In this document: positions 1-10,007 of the stretch, in pieces | How positions within the stretch are numbered: the stretch's first letter is position 1 | How the letters are laid out: each line of letters opens with the position of its first letter | Notes under the pieces: generated by a model | What the model saw: the letters and a program-made list of their open reading frames with translations, nothing else | Told to the model about the DNA's origin: nothing | Databases searched by the model: none | Translations under genes and position numbers: made by a program | Source: a virus | Lineage: Duplodnaviria; Caudoviricetes | Direction: 5' to 3' (one strand) | Length of the DNA stretch: 64,000 nt | IMG/VR virus record: IMGVR_UViG_3300025389_000011

Positions 1-1256
1 GCGTTTAGTTTAATACTTGCTAAACTTTCACGTACCAATGCATTTGATACTGGCAATTGTAATGCAAAACCAACTGTTAATGTTTCTACACGACCAAGTC
101 TGCTTACATAACTAAAACTTACACTAAGTCCTTGCATTTCGCTAGGTTGTATTGTATATGTTAATGCATTACCTGCACGTACATATGCACGGAAAGTTCC
201 AACTGGAATCTCACTAAACACACCATCACCAAATATATAACTTACTTGGTCATTAAATCTTGAGTTTACAGAGAAAATAGTTCTTTGGCTAGATTCTGTT
301 TGTAAGTATGCATCAGCATAAATGTTATCAACTTGTTGCCAATAACCATATGTGCCATTGTTTGCATTGATTTGATATAACCAAGTGTCAGTATTGTTAA
401 TACCTTGAATATTAATGTCCACTACTTGATTACTGATTTGTTGTTGTAATGTAAAATCGTAGCTTTCTAATGCACCTTGCTTAAAGTAAAAGAAGAAGCC
501 TGTGTTTGGACTGCCATATCCTAATTTGTCATTACGATATAGTATGTTGAATTTATTTGTTGGTTGAGGTGGAATTTCATAAATGTAATCTTCACCCACG
601 CTAGTTACACTACATAATTCAAATCTCATACTTTGACCATTAACAGTACTCGTGAATGGAACTACCGGCAAGCTACCTGCTGGTATTTGCATGTTGTATT
701 CACTTGTTGTCACCCCAAGAATTTCTTGACTATTTGCTGGTCTACCAATTTGCTGTGCGTTTACCAATGAAGCATTGATAATTGTGTTAAACTGTTGTAA
801 CCAATTTGGGTTAGCCGGGTCGTTCCATAATACAGGAACGTTACTTAAATTATAACCATTTAAGTCTGTGATATTTTGTGTGGTTTGAATACTTGTTACT
901 TTGATGTAACCTTGACCTGCTAGGTTACGTTTTGGAGTATAACTAACAAGATTGGCTAATTTGATAACAGAGTCTCTACGTTCTGCTGTGTCAATAAAGT
1001 TTTCACGTGTGTTCAGGTCATCACGGAAAGCAATACCTTGTCCCATGAATGACATTACGTCTAGTAACGCAATAAATTCACTACTTTCAATGTAATCGTT
1101 GTAAGTTTCAGGGTAATATAGACGTAGATAGTCTATCATTGTCTTACGAAGTGTTTCGTAATCATAACTTCTAAAGTCTGCCTGTTGGAAGGTTTGGTAG
1201 ATAGCCTGCCAATCATTTACACCAAATAACGCGGATTGTCTTGAACTTGTAGCCAT
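1..1256 (-). CDS. Baseplate wedge subunit, T4 gp6-like (runs off the left edge; absent from the ORF track)
   Basis: Hand translation from ATG at 1256: MATSSRQSALFGVNDWQAIYQTFQQADFRSYDYETLRKTMIDYLRLYYPETYNDYIESSEFIALLDVMSFMGQGIAFRDDLNTRENFIDTAERRDSVIKLANLVSYTPKRN. This is the typical gp6/baseplate-J N-terminus, and it follows a gp25-like gene. Confidence 0.9.
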   Translation of the reverse strand, partial: MATSSRQSALFGVNDWQAIYQTFQQADFRSYDYETLRKTMIDYLRLYYPETYNDYIESSEFIALLDVMSFMGQGIAFRDDLNTRENFIDTAERRDSVIKLANLVSYTPKRNLAGQGYIKVTSIQTTQNITDLNGYNLSNVPVLWNDPANPNWLQQFNTIINASLVNAQQIGRPANSQEILGVTTSEYNMQIPAGSLPVVPFTSTVNGQSMRFELCSVTSVGEDYIYEIPPQPTNKFNILYRNDKLGYGSPNTGFFFYFKQGALESYDFTLQQQISNQVVDINIQGINNTDTWLYQINANNGTYGYWQQVDNIYADAYLQTESSQRTIFSVNSRFNDQVSYIFGDGVFSEIPVGTFRAYVRAGNALTYTIQPSEMQGLSVSFSYVSRLGRVETLTVGFALQLPVSNALVRESLASIKLN

Positions 1257-1273
1257 GTGTATTCTCTTTTAAG

Positions 1274-1280
1274 TATTTAT
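1274..1280 (-). promoter_or_regulatory. Late-promoter box ATAAATA upstream of gp6-like gene
   Basis: TGATAAATA on the - strand, 17 nt before the ATG; resembles T4 gp55-dependent TATAAATA. Confidence 0.7.
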
Positions 1281-1308
1281 CATACCTAAAAAACGCTATT
1301 TTTAACAA

Positions 1309-1761
1309 TTACTGTAATATTGCTCTATTAGTAGCGTTGTTAAAAAACACGTTCAATAACTGTGCTTGATTAAACGGACTTACTGCAAATTCTACTTCAA
1401 CTAGTATTCCGTTCTCTTGCGGGTATGCTTTTACTGTGTTTAGTATGATTCTAGGGTCTTTGCTGGCTACCCTACGTATTTCATTTTCCAACTGAAACTG
1501 TACATCTGCTGTATTTGGTTCAAATACAAAACTCCATAGAGTTGTACCATATTCAGGTTGACCTACTTTTTCACCTTGACGTATGTTTAGTGCGTTAAGA
1601 AAATCTCTGATGACTAATGGTGTATCCACCAATGTAAAACTTTTTCCGTATACTATAGGCTGTACAACTGAACCCAAACCACCGTCTACTCCTGCATTAT
1701 ACACAGTAGAAGGTTTGGGTATGTTTACGTTTTGTGTGTTAAATCCAATATAATTAGGCAT
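1309..1761 (-). CDS. Baseplate wedge / sheath initiator, T4 gp25-like
   Basis: LNIRQGEKVGQPEYGTTLWSFVFEP and DPRI motifs; 150 aa; lies between spike and gp6 genes. Confidence 0.9.
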   Translation of the reverse strand: MPNYIGFNTQNVNIPKPSTVYNAGVDGGLGSVVQPIVYGKSFTLVDTPLVIRDFLNALNIRQGEKVGQPEYGTTLWSFVFEPNTADVQFQLENEIRRVASKDPRIILNTVKAYPQENGILVEVEFAVSPFNQAQLLNVFFNNATNRAILQ

Positions 1762-1765
1762 GATG

Positions 1766-1772
1766 TATTTAT
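1766..1772 (-). promoter_or_regulatory. Late-promoter box ATAAATA, 4 nt before the gp25-like ATG
   Basis: - strand reads AATAAATA-CATC-ATG; no SD fits in between. Confidence 0.7.
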
Positions 1773-1776
1773 TCTG

Positions 1777-4700
1777 TTATGCTATCTGGCTTAACAAGTC
1801 TAATGCTTGTTTTTTAAGTGCTGAACGCTGGTCAAATGCATCGCTGTATTCTTGATATGCGGCGTCAACTTGAGGGTCACCTTTTGGTAATGTGTCTCGT
1901 AGATTGTGCCAATTGGCTTGTGCAGTTGTTACGACTGGATTTAAATCATCTATTTTTGCTTTTAAAGCATCCACTTGTGATAAAATATCTTCATTTTTCT
2001 TATTTTGTGCTTCATATTGTGCTAGTAACTGGTCTGTTCCAGAGAAGTTTGGAGCTGGTATTTTTGAGCTACCAAACACAGACGTAAGTTGACTAGATAT
2101 TTGACTTCTGTTAGTTGTTCCTGTTGCTACAGTTGGTAATGTAATCGGTAGTGATCCAGGAGTACTTAACGAATTAATACCTGCTTGAAGTGCGGCTGAT
2201 GCGCCTGCCGGCATACCTAAAGATGCCAATGATGCAAGACTTTGACTTGCGTTGCCTAAACCACCCAATAATGATGATGCATTCAAGCTACTTGCATTAT
2301 TCAATACACCGCTCAAGCCGCCGGCTGCTAGTCCAGCGATTGAACTTGATGCACTTGAACCAAGTCCCAACCCATTTAATGCAGAACTAGAGACATTTTT
2401 AATTAAATTAGAAACTCCACCTAAGCTGGGAATACTTGTTAACGAACCTGTTGCTGAATTAACTACACTTGCAACTGCATCAAGTCCACCTGGCAACGCT
2501 CCTAATCCACTAGCAGGATTTATTGCTGTAGAGAAACCTGAAGCACCGGCCACCTTACTAGTTAATGCAGATAATGATCCTGTTGCAACACTAACCCCTC
2601 CTATAGATAAGTTATTAGGATTATTAACACCAGTTAATGTGTTTGTTAGATTATTAAATGTACTTGCACTTTGACCTGTTAGTGCCCCTGCTGTAGTGCC
2701 AAATGCGCTACCAACTGAATTAACCAATGACGATGCCCCACTAGCTATATTACCTGCATCACCTACATTTAGATTTGGTAATGCAGAGGTCGTTGCACCC
2801 AACACATCACTTGAAACGCCACTGGCTGCGCTTGTTTCACTTGCAGTTTGTTCAGCTTGATTTTGTGCTGTAATGGCAGTAAGGTCTTGAGGTACTCCTG
2901 GCGTGAATGGCTTGAATGATTTTGTAATTGCGGCAAATGCTGAACCTGCAATACCTTTAGCGGCATCCAATGCACCACTAATACCGTTGATAGCTGATGA
3001 TCCAATGCCACCTAATGCTGTAGCAATTGATCCCAAACCACTGGTTAAATTTGTACCAATGCCGGCGGCGAAATTACCTCCTGCGATTGCACTACTAACT
3101 GCACCTTGAACACCACCTGCTACTCCGGCTGCAGAACCAGACACAGAACCTCCTATATTTGACAATGTACTACCAAGAGAGCCTGTTGAGTTTTTTACAA
3201 AATCTTGTACAGGACCAATACCAACTTGTGAAGTGGCGTTTACTAAACCTGCAACAGCCCCGGCGGCTTCAGTACCAGTAATTACCCCTGACTGAGTAAG
3301 TGCAGTTTGTGCTTTATTAAAGTTGGTAATTTGTGCACCAACTTGTGCATTTACGTTATTTGATATTTGTGACAAGTTTTGTGCGCCCGGAGCACCTGTA
3401 AACAAATTATCTGTCATTGCGGCTTGTACGTTTACGCCACCCTGAACTAATCCATTGACCAATGCACTTGAACCTGGCTTCATGATTCCTGCTGTTTCTA
3501 ATTGTGCTGGTGTTTGCGCTAATGAACCCACTGCGGCAGTTAATTGCCCTGATGCATCTTTTATAACACCTGTACCAGTTGCCACTACACTACTTGCGGC
3601 TCCTGCCGCTTGACTGGCTACACCACCAACTAATGTTGCTGTTACTGAACCATCAATTGCATCACTAACTGATCCTAATGCAGGCACTGTACTTGCAGTT
3701 GCCGCAGACACTACATTTTCAGGTGTGTTGGTTGCTGACGCATTAGTTGCGGCAACTGCGGCACTTGGAGCAGATGGTAGAGCATCACTGGAATTGTTAC
3801 TAACTTGTACATTAACACCTTGATTTGCACTTGCCCATGGTGCGTGTGCAGGTGCTCTACTTACAATAGATAATAATTTACCCGGTGCACTTGCCCAGCC
3901 TTTAGTTGCATCAAATAACGTGTCAGTATGTGCTATTGCTGTAATTAATGATGCAGTTTCTGGTGTAACTGATGTTTGACCGCTATTTAAATTAACCTTG
4001 TCTCCATTAATGTACATAGTACCACTACTAGCATATGAACCTTCACCACCAGATGCCATGCTCATTGCACCGTCAATTCTGTATGTATATGTACCAATTG
4101 TGTAACCTTTGAAGTTTCCACCTGTTCTAAAAGTAACATCTTTTTCTGTGTTTACATTTAAATTTTTAGATGCTATATTAATATCTTTTGCGGCGTTGAT
4201 ATTAATGTTATTATCTGCATGTAAATTTAAATCACCCTGTGTTCTAACGTTAAATGAATTAGTAGAGTACATGTCAATTGTACCTTCTTTACCTAATTCA
4301 ATATAACTTTGTCCATTGCTATGAATAATGAATAGTGTTTGACCATCATCACTCATTAATATTTGATGTCCAGTAGCAGTTCGTAATCTTATCAATTGGT
4401 CTTTACCACTAACGTCACCATCGTCCATTACTAGTGTATGCCCACCTCTACGTGCAATAATTTTTAATTGTGATGCATCAGTTGATGTTTGATTAGCCGC
4501 ACTTTTAATTGTACTATCATCATAGCCACCTTGATATATAGGTCTACCAGGTGTGCTTACACCCCAACCAACACGACTTGGACTTTCACGCAACGCACTA
4601 CTTGTTATAGGACCTCTGATTGGATCTCTAATTAAACCCTGTTGACTGTATATACCTGCTTGATAACTGTGTACTGGTTTTGCCGCATTTAAAAATTGGT

Positions 4701-5223
4701 CGTTATCATTGATAGAACTATTATTGCTATTGATATTAACTACAGGTAAAACGGTTGCACCACCATAACTTTGTGCTTCACCACTGTTTGTAATAACATT
4801 TGCAAAAGAGCCAATTGCTGGCACCATTTGTAATTGTTCTGGTTTAGGTACACACCCTATCCAATAGCCATAGTTTACATCACCGTTGATGAAAATACAA
4901 ATAACAGAGCTACCAATATCAGGAGGGCTATACCACATACCATAACTATTTGGGTTAGTTAAGTAACTGCCATTATCTGATGTTCCGCCTTGTGCTGGAG
5001 TTACACCAAAAAACGGTGTCATGTATGAAACTGTAGTCCATGAGTGACTATCATCGGGATTACTACCACCAAAATCTGCAATGTATACTTGTAGTCGTCC
5101 ACCTCTAACTTTGTCAATAACGTTTTTGACAACTCCTATAACAGGAACGTTACGTGCAACGCCTCCTCCGCTGGTAGGCTGACTTGCTTTTGGTTGTCCT
5201 TTTGTTTTTACTATATCTTCCAT
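1777..5223 (-). CDS. Baseplate central spike, gp5/VgrG-like (OB-fold plus beta-helix) with long Ala/Gly/Ser-rich C-terminal extension
   Basis: GRLQVYI..., YGMWYSPPDIGSSVICIF..G..YWIG (gp5 OB-fold), then GHTLVMDDG/GHQILMSDDG beta-helix start; no T4 lysozyme domain visible. Confidence 0.85.
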   Translation of the reverse strand: MEDIVKTKGQPKASQPTSGGGVARNVPVIGVVKNVIDKVRGGRLQVYIADFGGSNPDDSHSWTTVSYMTPFFGVTPAQGGTSDNGSYLTNPNSYGMWYSPPDIGSSVICIFINGDVNYGYWIGCVPKPEQLQMVPAIGSFANVITNSGEAQSYGGATVLPVVNINSNNSSINDNDQFLNAAKPVHSYQAGIYSQQGLIRDPIRGPITSSALRESPSRVGWGVSTPGRPIYQGGYDDSTIKSAANQTSTDASQLKIIARRGGHTLVMDDGDVSGKDQLIRLRTATGHQILMSDDGQTLFIIHSNGQSYIELGKEGTIDMYSTNSFNVRTQGDLNLHADNNININAAKDINIASKNLNVNTEKDVTFRTGGNFKGYTIGTYTYRIDGAMSMASGGEGSYASSGTMYINGDKVNLNSGQTSVTPETASLITAIAHTDTLFDATKGWASAPGKLLSIVSRAPAHAPWASANQGVNVQVSNNSSDALPSAPSAAVAATNASATNTPENVVSAATASTVPALGSVSDAIDGSVTATLVGGVASQAAGAASSVVATGTGVIKDASGQLTAAVGSLAQTPAQLETAGIMKPGSSALVNGLVQGGVNVQAAMTDNLFTGAPGAQNLSQISNNVNAQVGAQITNFNKAQTALTQSGVITGTEAAGAVAGLVNATSQVGIGPVQDFVKNSTGSLGSTLSNIGGSVSGSAAGVAGGVQGAVSSAIAGGNFAAGIGTNLTSGLGSIATALGGIGSSAINGISGALDAAKGIAGSAFAAITKSFKPFTPGVPQDLTAITAQNQAEQTASETSAASGVSSDVLGATTSALPNLNVGDAGNIASGASSLVNSVGSAFGTTAGALTGQSASTFNNLTNTLTGVNNPNNLSIGGVSVATGSLSALTSKVAGASGFSTAINPASGLGALPGGLDAVASVVNSATGSLTSIPSLGGVSNLIKNVSSSALNGLGLGSSASSSIAGLAAGGLSGVLNNASSLNASSLLGGLGNASQSLASLASLGMPAGASAALQAGINSLSTPGSLPITLPTVATGTTNRSQISSQLTSVFGSSKIPAPNFSGTDQLLAQYEAQNKKNEDILSQVDALKAKIDDLNPVVTTAQANWHNLRDTLPKGDPQVDAAYQEYSDAFDQRSALKKQALDLLSQIA

Positions 5224-5229
5224 GATTAA

Positions 5230-8106
5230 TTAAGGTCCTTGTGACAGGTCTTCTCTTCCTCCCTGATTAGCAGTATCAACACTATTTGTAACTACTGGTG
5301 CCGGTGCGTCTATTGCTACTACAGGATTATTTGGATCTCCAGTAGGTGTTGTGTTTTGCCCAGTAGGTGATTCAATCGATGCTGGACTAGATAGATTTGT
5401 ATCAAGTGACTGAGGTAATATAGGCGCATTTTGTGTAATTGGTGTTGGAAATCCAGTTGTACTAGATGTATTATTTCCAGTAGATGATTGCGAACTTCCG
5501 CTTCCAGTTCTATTATCACCTGCATTTGCCGCAGAAGTTTCTCTACCATTGGCATTACTGTTAGCTGTACTACCTGATGCAGTACCACTGGCATCATCAC
5601 CAAATGTATTAATATTTAAATCTAATTCTTGTGTAAATTTACCTTGATTAAATGTGCTAACTACAGTTTTTACCATGTAGCTTACACCGCCACCTCTACT
5701 GTTTATATCTGCTTGAATTGCAGGAGGGTATTGATAAAATGCAATATTTGTGTTGAGTTCAAATAATCCAGTGTTATTATTATAGTCTACTGGTTCTCTG
5801 AAATTTATTTCAATAAACACTTGTCCACCATTAGGGCTAACTGTATACCCATCTGTTCCATAATATTTGTTATACACACTTGCCACACTACTAGGATTAG
5901 GTTCCATCAAAAAATCAGGATCTCCTAATATTGTTATTTTAGCTTCACTCCAAGAACCAGGATCATATAAACTTGTCATGTATGAGTTTTGTGCCTCCAT
6001 ACCTTGATTCAACAATCCAGTCTTTGCTTGATTTTGTGGAATACCGTTAATAATAGGTATATTTGCACTACCACCTGATGCAGTTTGACTAGATGCTGGG
6101 TCTAGTGTAACATTAAAAAATGAATTGTTTAGCGTTTGTTCATATTTTATAATTTCAGTATTTTTTCCTGTAAACCAATATTCATATCGTTTATGAGGGC
6201 CATAATAGTTTGCAGTCTTATTAACATATGCGCTAGTCACAATTGGTGTTTCATATGGTTGTATAATATATTTTATTTTATAACCAAAGTCTTGTTGTAA
6301 TTGATCCCATGCTTTAGGTGTAACTTCTACACCAATGTTATACCATTTAATTGTCTTTGGTGATGGATCTGCTATTTCATTTTCTGAATCAGTATCTGGA
6401 TTTGGTTCTTCTTCAGTTGTTATAACTGATTTTAAAGCATCTGTTAAGTACGTACTTTGTTTAATAATTTGTTCTATTGCTTGTACCACTGGTGTGCCAT
6501 TATCAAACTTTATCTTATTAATATTTTTATTAGGAGTGGCTTGTTGTGCTGTTTGCTCGTTAACCTGACTAGATTTTGAAACATCACTCATGGTTTGTTT
6601 TGATTTATCTGTATCTGCTGGTGAAATGATTTTAGCATCTGCTATTTCAGTAGATGAGGTTCCTAAATAAACAAGACTATACTCATTTGGAATTTGTATT
6701 TTGCTATCGTTTAATAATTGCTGTTGTTCTTGGTTTAATTTAGTTAGCAATCCTTGAACTCCGTCACCTGTGCCCTGAATAACATCGTCTACTGTTTCTC
6801 CGTAAACTTCAGCACCTGTCCACACGATTCCACGTTTCAATCCCATGCCAGACATAGTTGCACTATTAACTGCCTTACATGCATACACAACACTTTTACC
6901 TGCTAAACTAAAATGAAGCTCTGTTATATTAATATCATAATATCTTGCATAGACACCGTATGCGTTGCCCGCCGGGTCACTATTAGGTCCTGTTATATCT
7001 TTGGAACTAATTAAACTCCCATCTTCATTATAGCCTAAAAATTGTATACCTAATATAAAAAATTGTCGTGAGGGATCTTGTAACTGAGTGGCACCAGGAG
7101 TACCACTACCTGAATTGCTACTACCTTGTGTACCGGCATTGCCCCCTGTGTTTCCACCTACCTGTAACAATTGCGTAAATGCATCACGTAATCTAGATAA
7201 GAATGAAAATCCATATGGTTCAATAATATTGAATGACATGTCTGTGACATTGGTAGCACTACCGGTATCTTTACCGTTAATGGCTTGAGTTATTTTTAAG
7301 TTATCAATATAAAAATCTTGGTCAAAATATGGAGCACGTTTTTGTGTACTGTTATTAATACCCCCACTTTGTGCTATTAAAAATGCGCCATTGCCTGCAC
7401 CTGTTGCGGCCGTATTACCAGTGGTATTAACTTGTAGTGCATTGATATTTTTTCTTCCAGAATCAACAAATGCCTGGTATGCATCAGGAGTAATCATATA
7501 CAATGATATTTGATATGTGTAACTGCTAAAATTACCTAAAGGATTTTGTAGTCTTTTACCAGGTAATGCATTACTATTTGTAACAGCGGCTGATGTCCCT
7601 GATGCACCTGCTGATGTCGTACCTGCATTAGTGTAGTTTTGGGGAATAGCAGGTGGATTATTAGGAGCACCCGAGTTGTCAGCAGTGGTATTTGCACCAG
7701 TCTGCACATTATTCACAGTCCCAGTTTCGTCATTTGCACTGCCACTTGCTACATAGGCATTATTTTGTTGGTCTGTTTGTGCTAAAGTATTTGCCGGCGG
7801 TGTTACTGAGGCGGACGGTTCTGTTGGTTTATTTGCATCGATTACTTGTTGTTGTATTGACGCTTCTTGACTACTTAAATCACTATTAAGTTGAAATAAT
7901 TGGTCAGCTAAATCCGTGTTGCCGGCTGCTCTTGCTTTATTGGACAAACTATTTAATCCAGAACTTAATCCAAAAGCATCACCTGCACTAATTAATTGAC
8001 TGCCATCTGGATTATTGACAGTATAGCTAATCGCTCCATAACTATAGTTGTATTGAGCAATGACAGTATATCCGTCAATTGTAAGTGTTACTGTTCCATC
8101 AGACAT
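5230..8106 (-). CDS. Probable baseplate hub (gp27/gpD-like) with low-complexity termini
   Basis: Sits between the LysM/gp53-like gene and the spike, as in contractile-tail gene order; ITILGDPDF and VVSTFNQGKFTQEL resemble hub C-terminal strands. Confidence 0.6.
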   Translation of the reverse strand: MSDGTVTLTIDGYTVIAQYNYSYGAISYTVNNPDGSQLISAGDAFGLSSGLNSLSNKARAAGNTDLADQLFQLNSDLSSQEASIQQQVIDANKPTEPSASVTPPANTLAQTDQQNNAYVASGSANDETGTVNNVQTGANTTADNSGAPNNPPAIPQNYTNAGTTSAGASGTSAAVTNSNALPGKRLQNPLGNFSSYTYQISLYMITPDAYQAFVDSGRKNINALQVNTTGNTAATGAGNGAFLIAQSGGINNSTQKRAPYFDQDFYIDNLKITQAINGKDTGSATNVTDMSFNIIEPYGFSFLSRLRDAFTQLLQVGGNTGGNAGTQGSSNSGSGTPGATQLQDPSRQFFILGIQFLGYNEDGSLISSKDITGPNSDPAGNAYGVYARYYDINITELHFSLAGKSVVYACKAVNSATMSGMGLKRGIVWTGAEVYGETVDDVIQGTGDGVQGLLTKLNQEQQQLLNDSKIQIPNEYSLVYLGTSSTEIADAKIISPADTDKSKQTMSDVSKSSQVNEQTAQQATPNKNINKIKFDNGTPVVQAIEQIIKQSTYLTDALKSVITTEEEPNPDTDSENEIADPSPKTIKWYNIGVEVTPKAWDQLQQDFGYKIKYIIQPYETPIVTSAYVNKTANYYGPHKRYEYWFTGKNTEIIKYEQTLNNSFFNVTLDPASSQTASGGSANIPIINGIPQNQAKTGLLNQGMEAQNSYMTSLYDPGSWSEAKITILGDPDFLMEPNPSSVASVYNKYYGTDGYTVSPNGGQVFIEINFREPVDYNNNTGLFELNTNIAFYQYPPAIQADINSRGGGVSYMVKTVVSTFNQGKFTQELDLNINTFGDDASGTASGSTANSNANGRETSAANAGDNRTGSGSSQSSTGNNTSSTTGFPTPITQNAPILPQSLDTNLSSPASIESPTGQNTTPTGDPNNPVVAIDAPAPVVTNSVDTANQGGREDLSQGP

Positions 8107-8107
8107 C

Positions 8108-8422
8108 TTATATCCCTAATACTTGTTTTAATAAAGCTAGTTTAGGTAAATATATTCCAGTACCCGCTACAAAATCACCATACGGATCTGCTAATGTGTT
8201 TGGATTGCGCTGTGCAAATACCCACCATAATCTGCTATCAGCATATAAATCGTAGGCTAATGTGTCAGGGCGATATTCATAAACGGGGGTGATTTGCCAA
8301 TAGATATCCGAAGGTTGCATCGGTATAACTCTGTTTACCATAACATCTAAAAAATTGCTGTTTACTATTCCTGTTAGATAATAAGGACTAGTTGCTGGAT
8401 ATACTCCATTAATTGTTGCCAT
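8108..8422 (-). CDS. Baseplate wedge protein, gp53/gpX LysM-like
   Basis: YEYRPDTLAYDLYADSRLWWVFAQRN...GTGIYLP. ATG at 8422 overlaps the upstream TAA (TAATG), so it is preferred over the TTG at 8428. Confidence 0.85.
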   Translation of the reverse strand: MATINGVYPATSPYYLTGIVNSNFLDVMVNRVIPMQPSDIYWQITPVYEYRPDTLAYDLYADSRLWWVFAQRNPNTLADPYGDFVAGTGIYLPKLALLKQVLGI

Positions 8423-9936
8423 TACCAAATACCTCCGCCTTGTCGTTTTGAACCTTGCAATAATGCACCACTACCATAGTTTGGCCCAGGGCCATTTAAG
8501 CTGAAATTGTTACTAATATCGTTACGTGTAACGATTGGTATTGCTGTTATTGACATTTGAATTTTTGTTGGTACATATGTTGGAGTGCGTGTGCCATCAC
8601 TAGTTGCAAATTGGGGTGAACCAGTGGTCGCTCCTGGATTTAATCCACTACTATTTAATCGATCACCAGACACACTACTACTATTTTGTGTTGCAACATT
8701 CATTGATGCCAAATTGACACCGGGTGCTGTTGTTGCGGCGCCTGCACGAATATAATCAACATCTGTGGGTAATGAATAATTAAATGCGGTAATTGCTAAA
8801 GGATGGCTATCAAATTGAAATTGTCCCAATCCATATAGATAACATAATGGAGGAGGTGTCCCATTGTTTGGATTTAAATCTTGACCATAAAACATTTTTG
8901 TAACACTACGGAAAAAGTGTATTACAGCTAATACATAGTTAGCTTCCTGCGTGTCTTGTGCTGTAAAATCGCATGTTATTGAAATACTATCTACTGCACT
9001 ATTCTTGTACTGAAAAAATTTATAGTTACTATGTGTTAATTCAGTGGCATCATAATTTGCGGCATATTGAACGGAAATCGCAGGTGTATAGGGGAATATT
9101 ACTCCATCTGTCGCGGCTAATGGTAATAGTATTCCTTCATTGCCCTTGTTCTTATACAAATAGGTTGCACTCGGTGCCAATGCTAATCTAACACGCCAAT
9201 CACCAAGTTGTGCAAAGTTTGCCGCATCCTGTTGAGTTGCTTGACTTTGTGTGTTTAATAATGGACCGGTTAATGCAGTTTGATTGGTATTGTTGTTGGC
9301 TTGAGCGGAATCGTTTTGAGCAACTGCTTGATTTGAAGCAGATGCATCTGCCGCACCTACATTGGCTGTTGTGGCTGCAGGATCAGCATTGCTAACTACA
9401 GTATTACTATTTGCCGGTAAATCACCCACATAAAAAGGTTTTCCTGTGGCCTCATCGATTTGCCAACCTGGATTTAAATTACCATTATCATCATAGGGTT
9501 GATTTGTCGCATCTCCTAAATAAGGATCATTCTGACTAGTAATTGTTGTTGGGCTTGTGTTGGTTGGAGTTGATCCTGCTCCAGGAACATTTTCATCAGT
9601 ACCAACAGGTGCGTCGGCGGCGGTTGTGTTCGGTGCTACTGCTAACTGTTGTTCAGCGTATTGTTGAATTTGAAAGGTGTTTAGTACAATATCTCCTCCA
9701 TTTTCAATATCGGCTGGGTTAGTAGATGTTGCTACAGTTTGACCATTGTATGTTAATATGAATTGCTCTGGAGGAGGTATAGTTATTGTTTGGCTACCAA
9801 CATTTACCAATTGGTCTCCGGTATAGGGACCGGCACTTGAGCCATTAGCCAAGTTTATTACATATTGTATGCCCGTCGATGTCATCGTTGCAACGACATT
9901 TACTCCACCGCCTATACTAGCTGTTACTGATGCCAT
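8422..9936 (-). CDS. Tail tube initiator / baseplate tube cap (gp48/gp54-like) with N-terminal low-complexity extension
   Basis: C-terminal half GVIFPYTPAISVQY..NY...HSNY..FQYKNSAVDSISITCDF...GTPPPLCYLYG resembles tube-initiator proteins; first gene of the baseplate operon. Confidence 0.65.
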   Translation of the reverse strand: MASVTASIGGGVNVVATMTSTGIQYVINLANGSSAGPYTGDQLVNVGSQTITIPPPEQFILTYNGQTVATSTNPADIENGGDIVLNTFQIQQYAEQQLAVAPNTTAADAPVGTDENVPGAGSTPTNTSPTTITSQNDPYLGDATNQPYDDNGNLNPGWQIDEATGKPFYVGDLPANSNTVVSNADPAATTANVGAADASASNQAVAQNDSAQANNNTNQTALTGPLLNTQSQATQQDAANFAQLGDWRVRLALAPSATYLYKNKGNEGILLPLAATDGVIFPYTPAISVQYAANYDATELTHSNYKFFQYKNSAVDSISITCDFTAQDTQEANYVLAVIHFFRSVTKMFYGQDLNPNNGTPPPLCYLYGLGQFQFDSHPLAITAFNYSLPTDVDYIRAGAATTAPGVNLASMNVATQNSSSVSGDRLNSSGLNPGATTGSPQFATSDGTRTPTYVPTKIQMSITAIPIVTRNDISNNFSLNGPGPNYGSGALLQGSKRQGGGIW

Positions 9937-9957
9937 AATATTAGTATTCCTTAATTG

Positions 9958-9973
9958 TATTTAGTCATAAATA
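9958..9973. promoter_or_regulatory. Back-to-back late boxes TATTTA-gtca-TAAATA (leftward to baseplate operon, rightward to sigma gene)
   Basis: tattta at 9958-9963 and taaata at 9968-9973 in the divergent intergenic gap. Confidence 0.6.
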
Positions 9974-10007
9974 AGAGTGCTATTTTTAGTAATCTATCCA
10001 AAACATG

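Noticed and set aside
1818-7889. + strand ORFs opposite the baseplate genes, and similar ones opposite the tape measure, head and nrd genes (including the 305-aa 17734-18651)
   Set aside because: Fully nested antisense to well-supported genes and explained by low-complexity codon bias.
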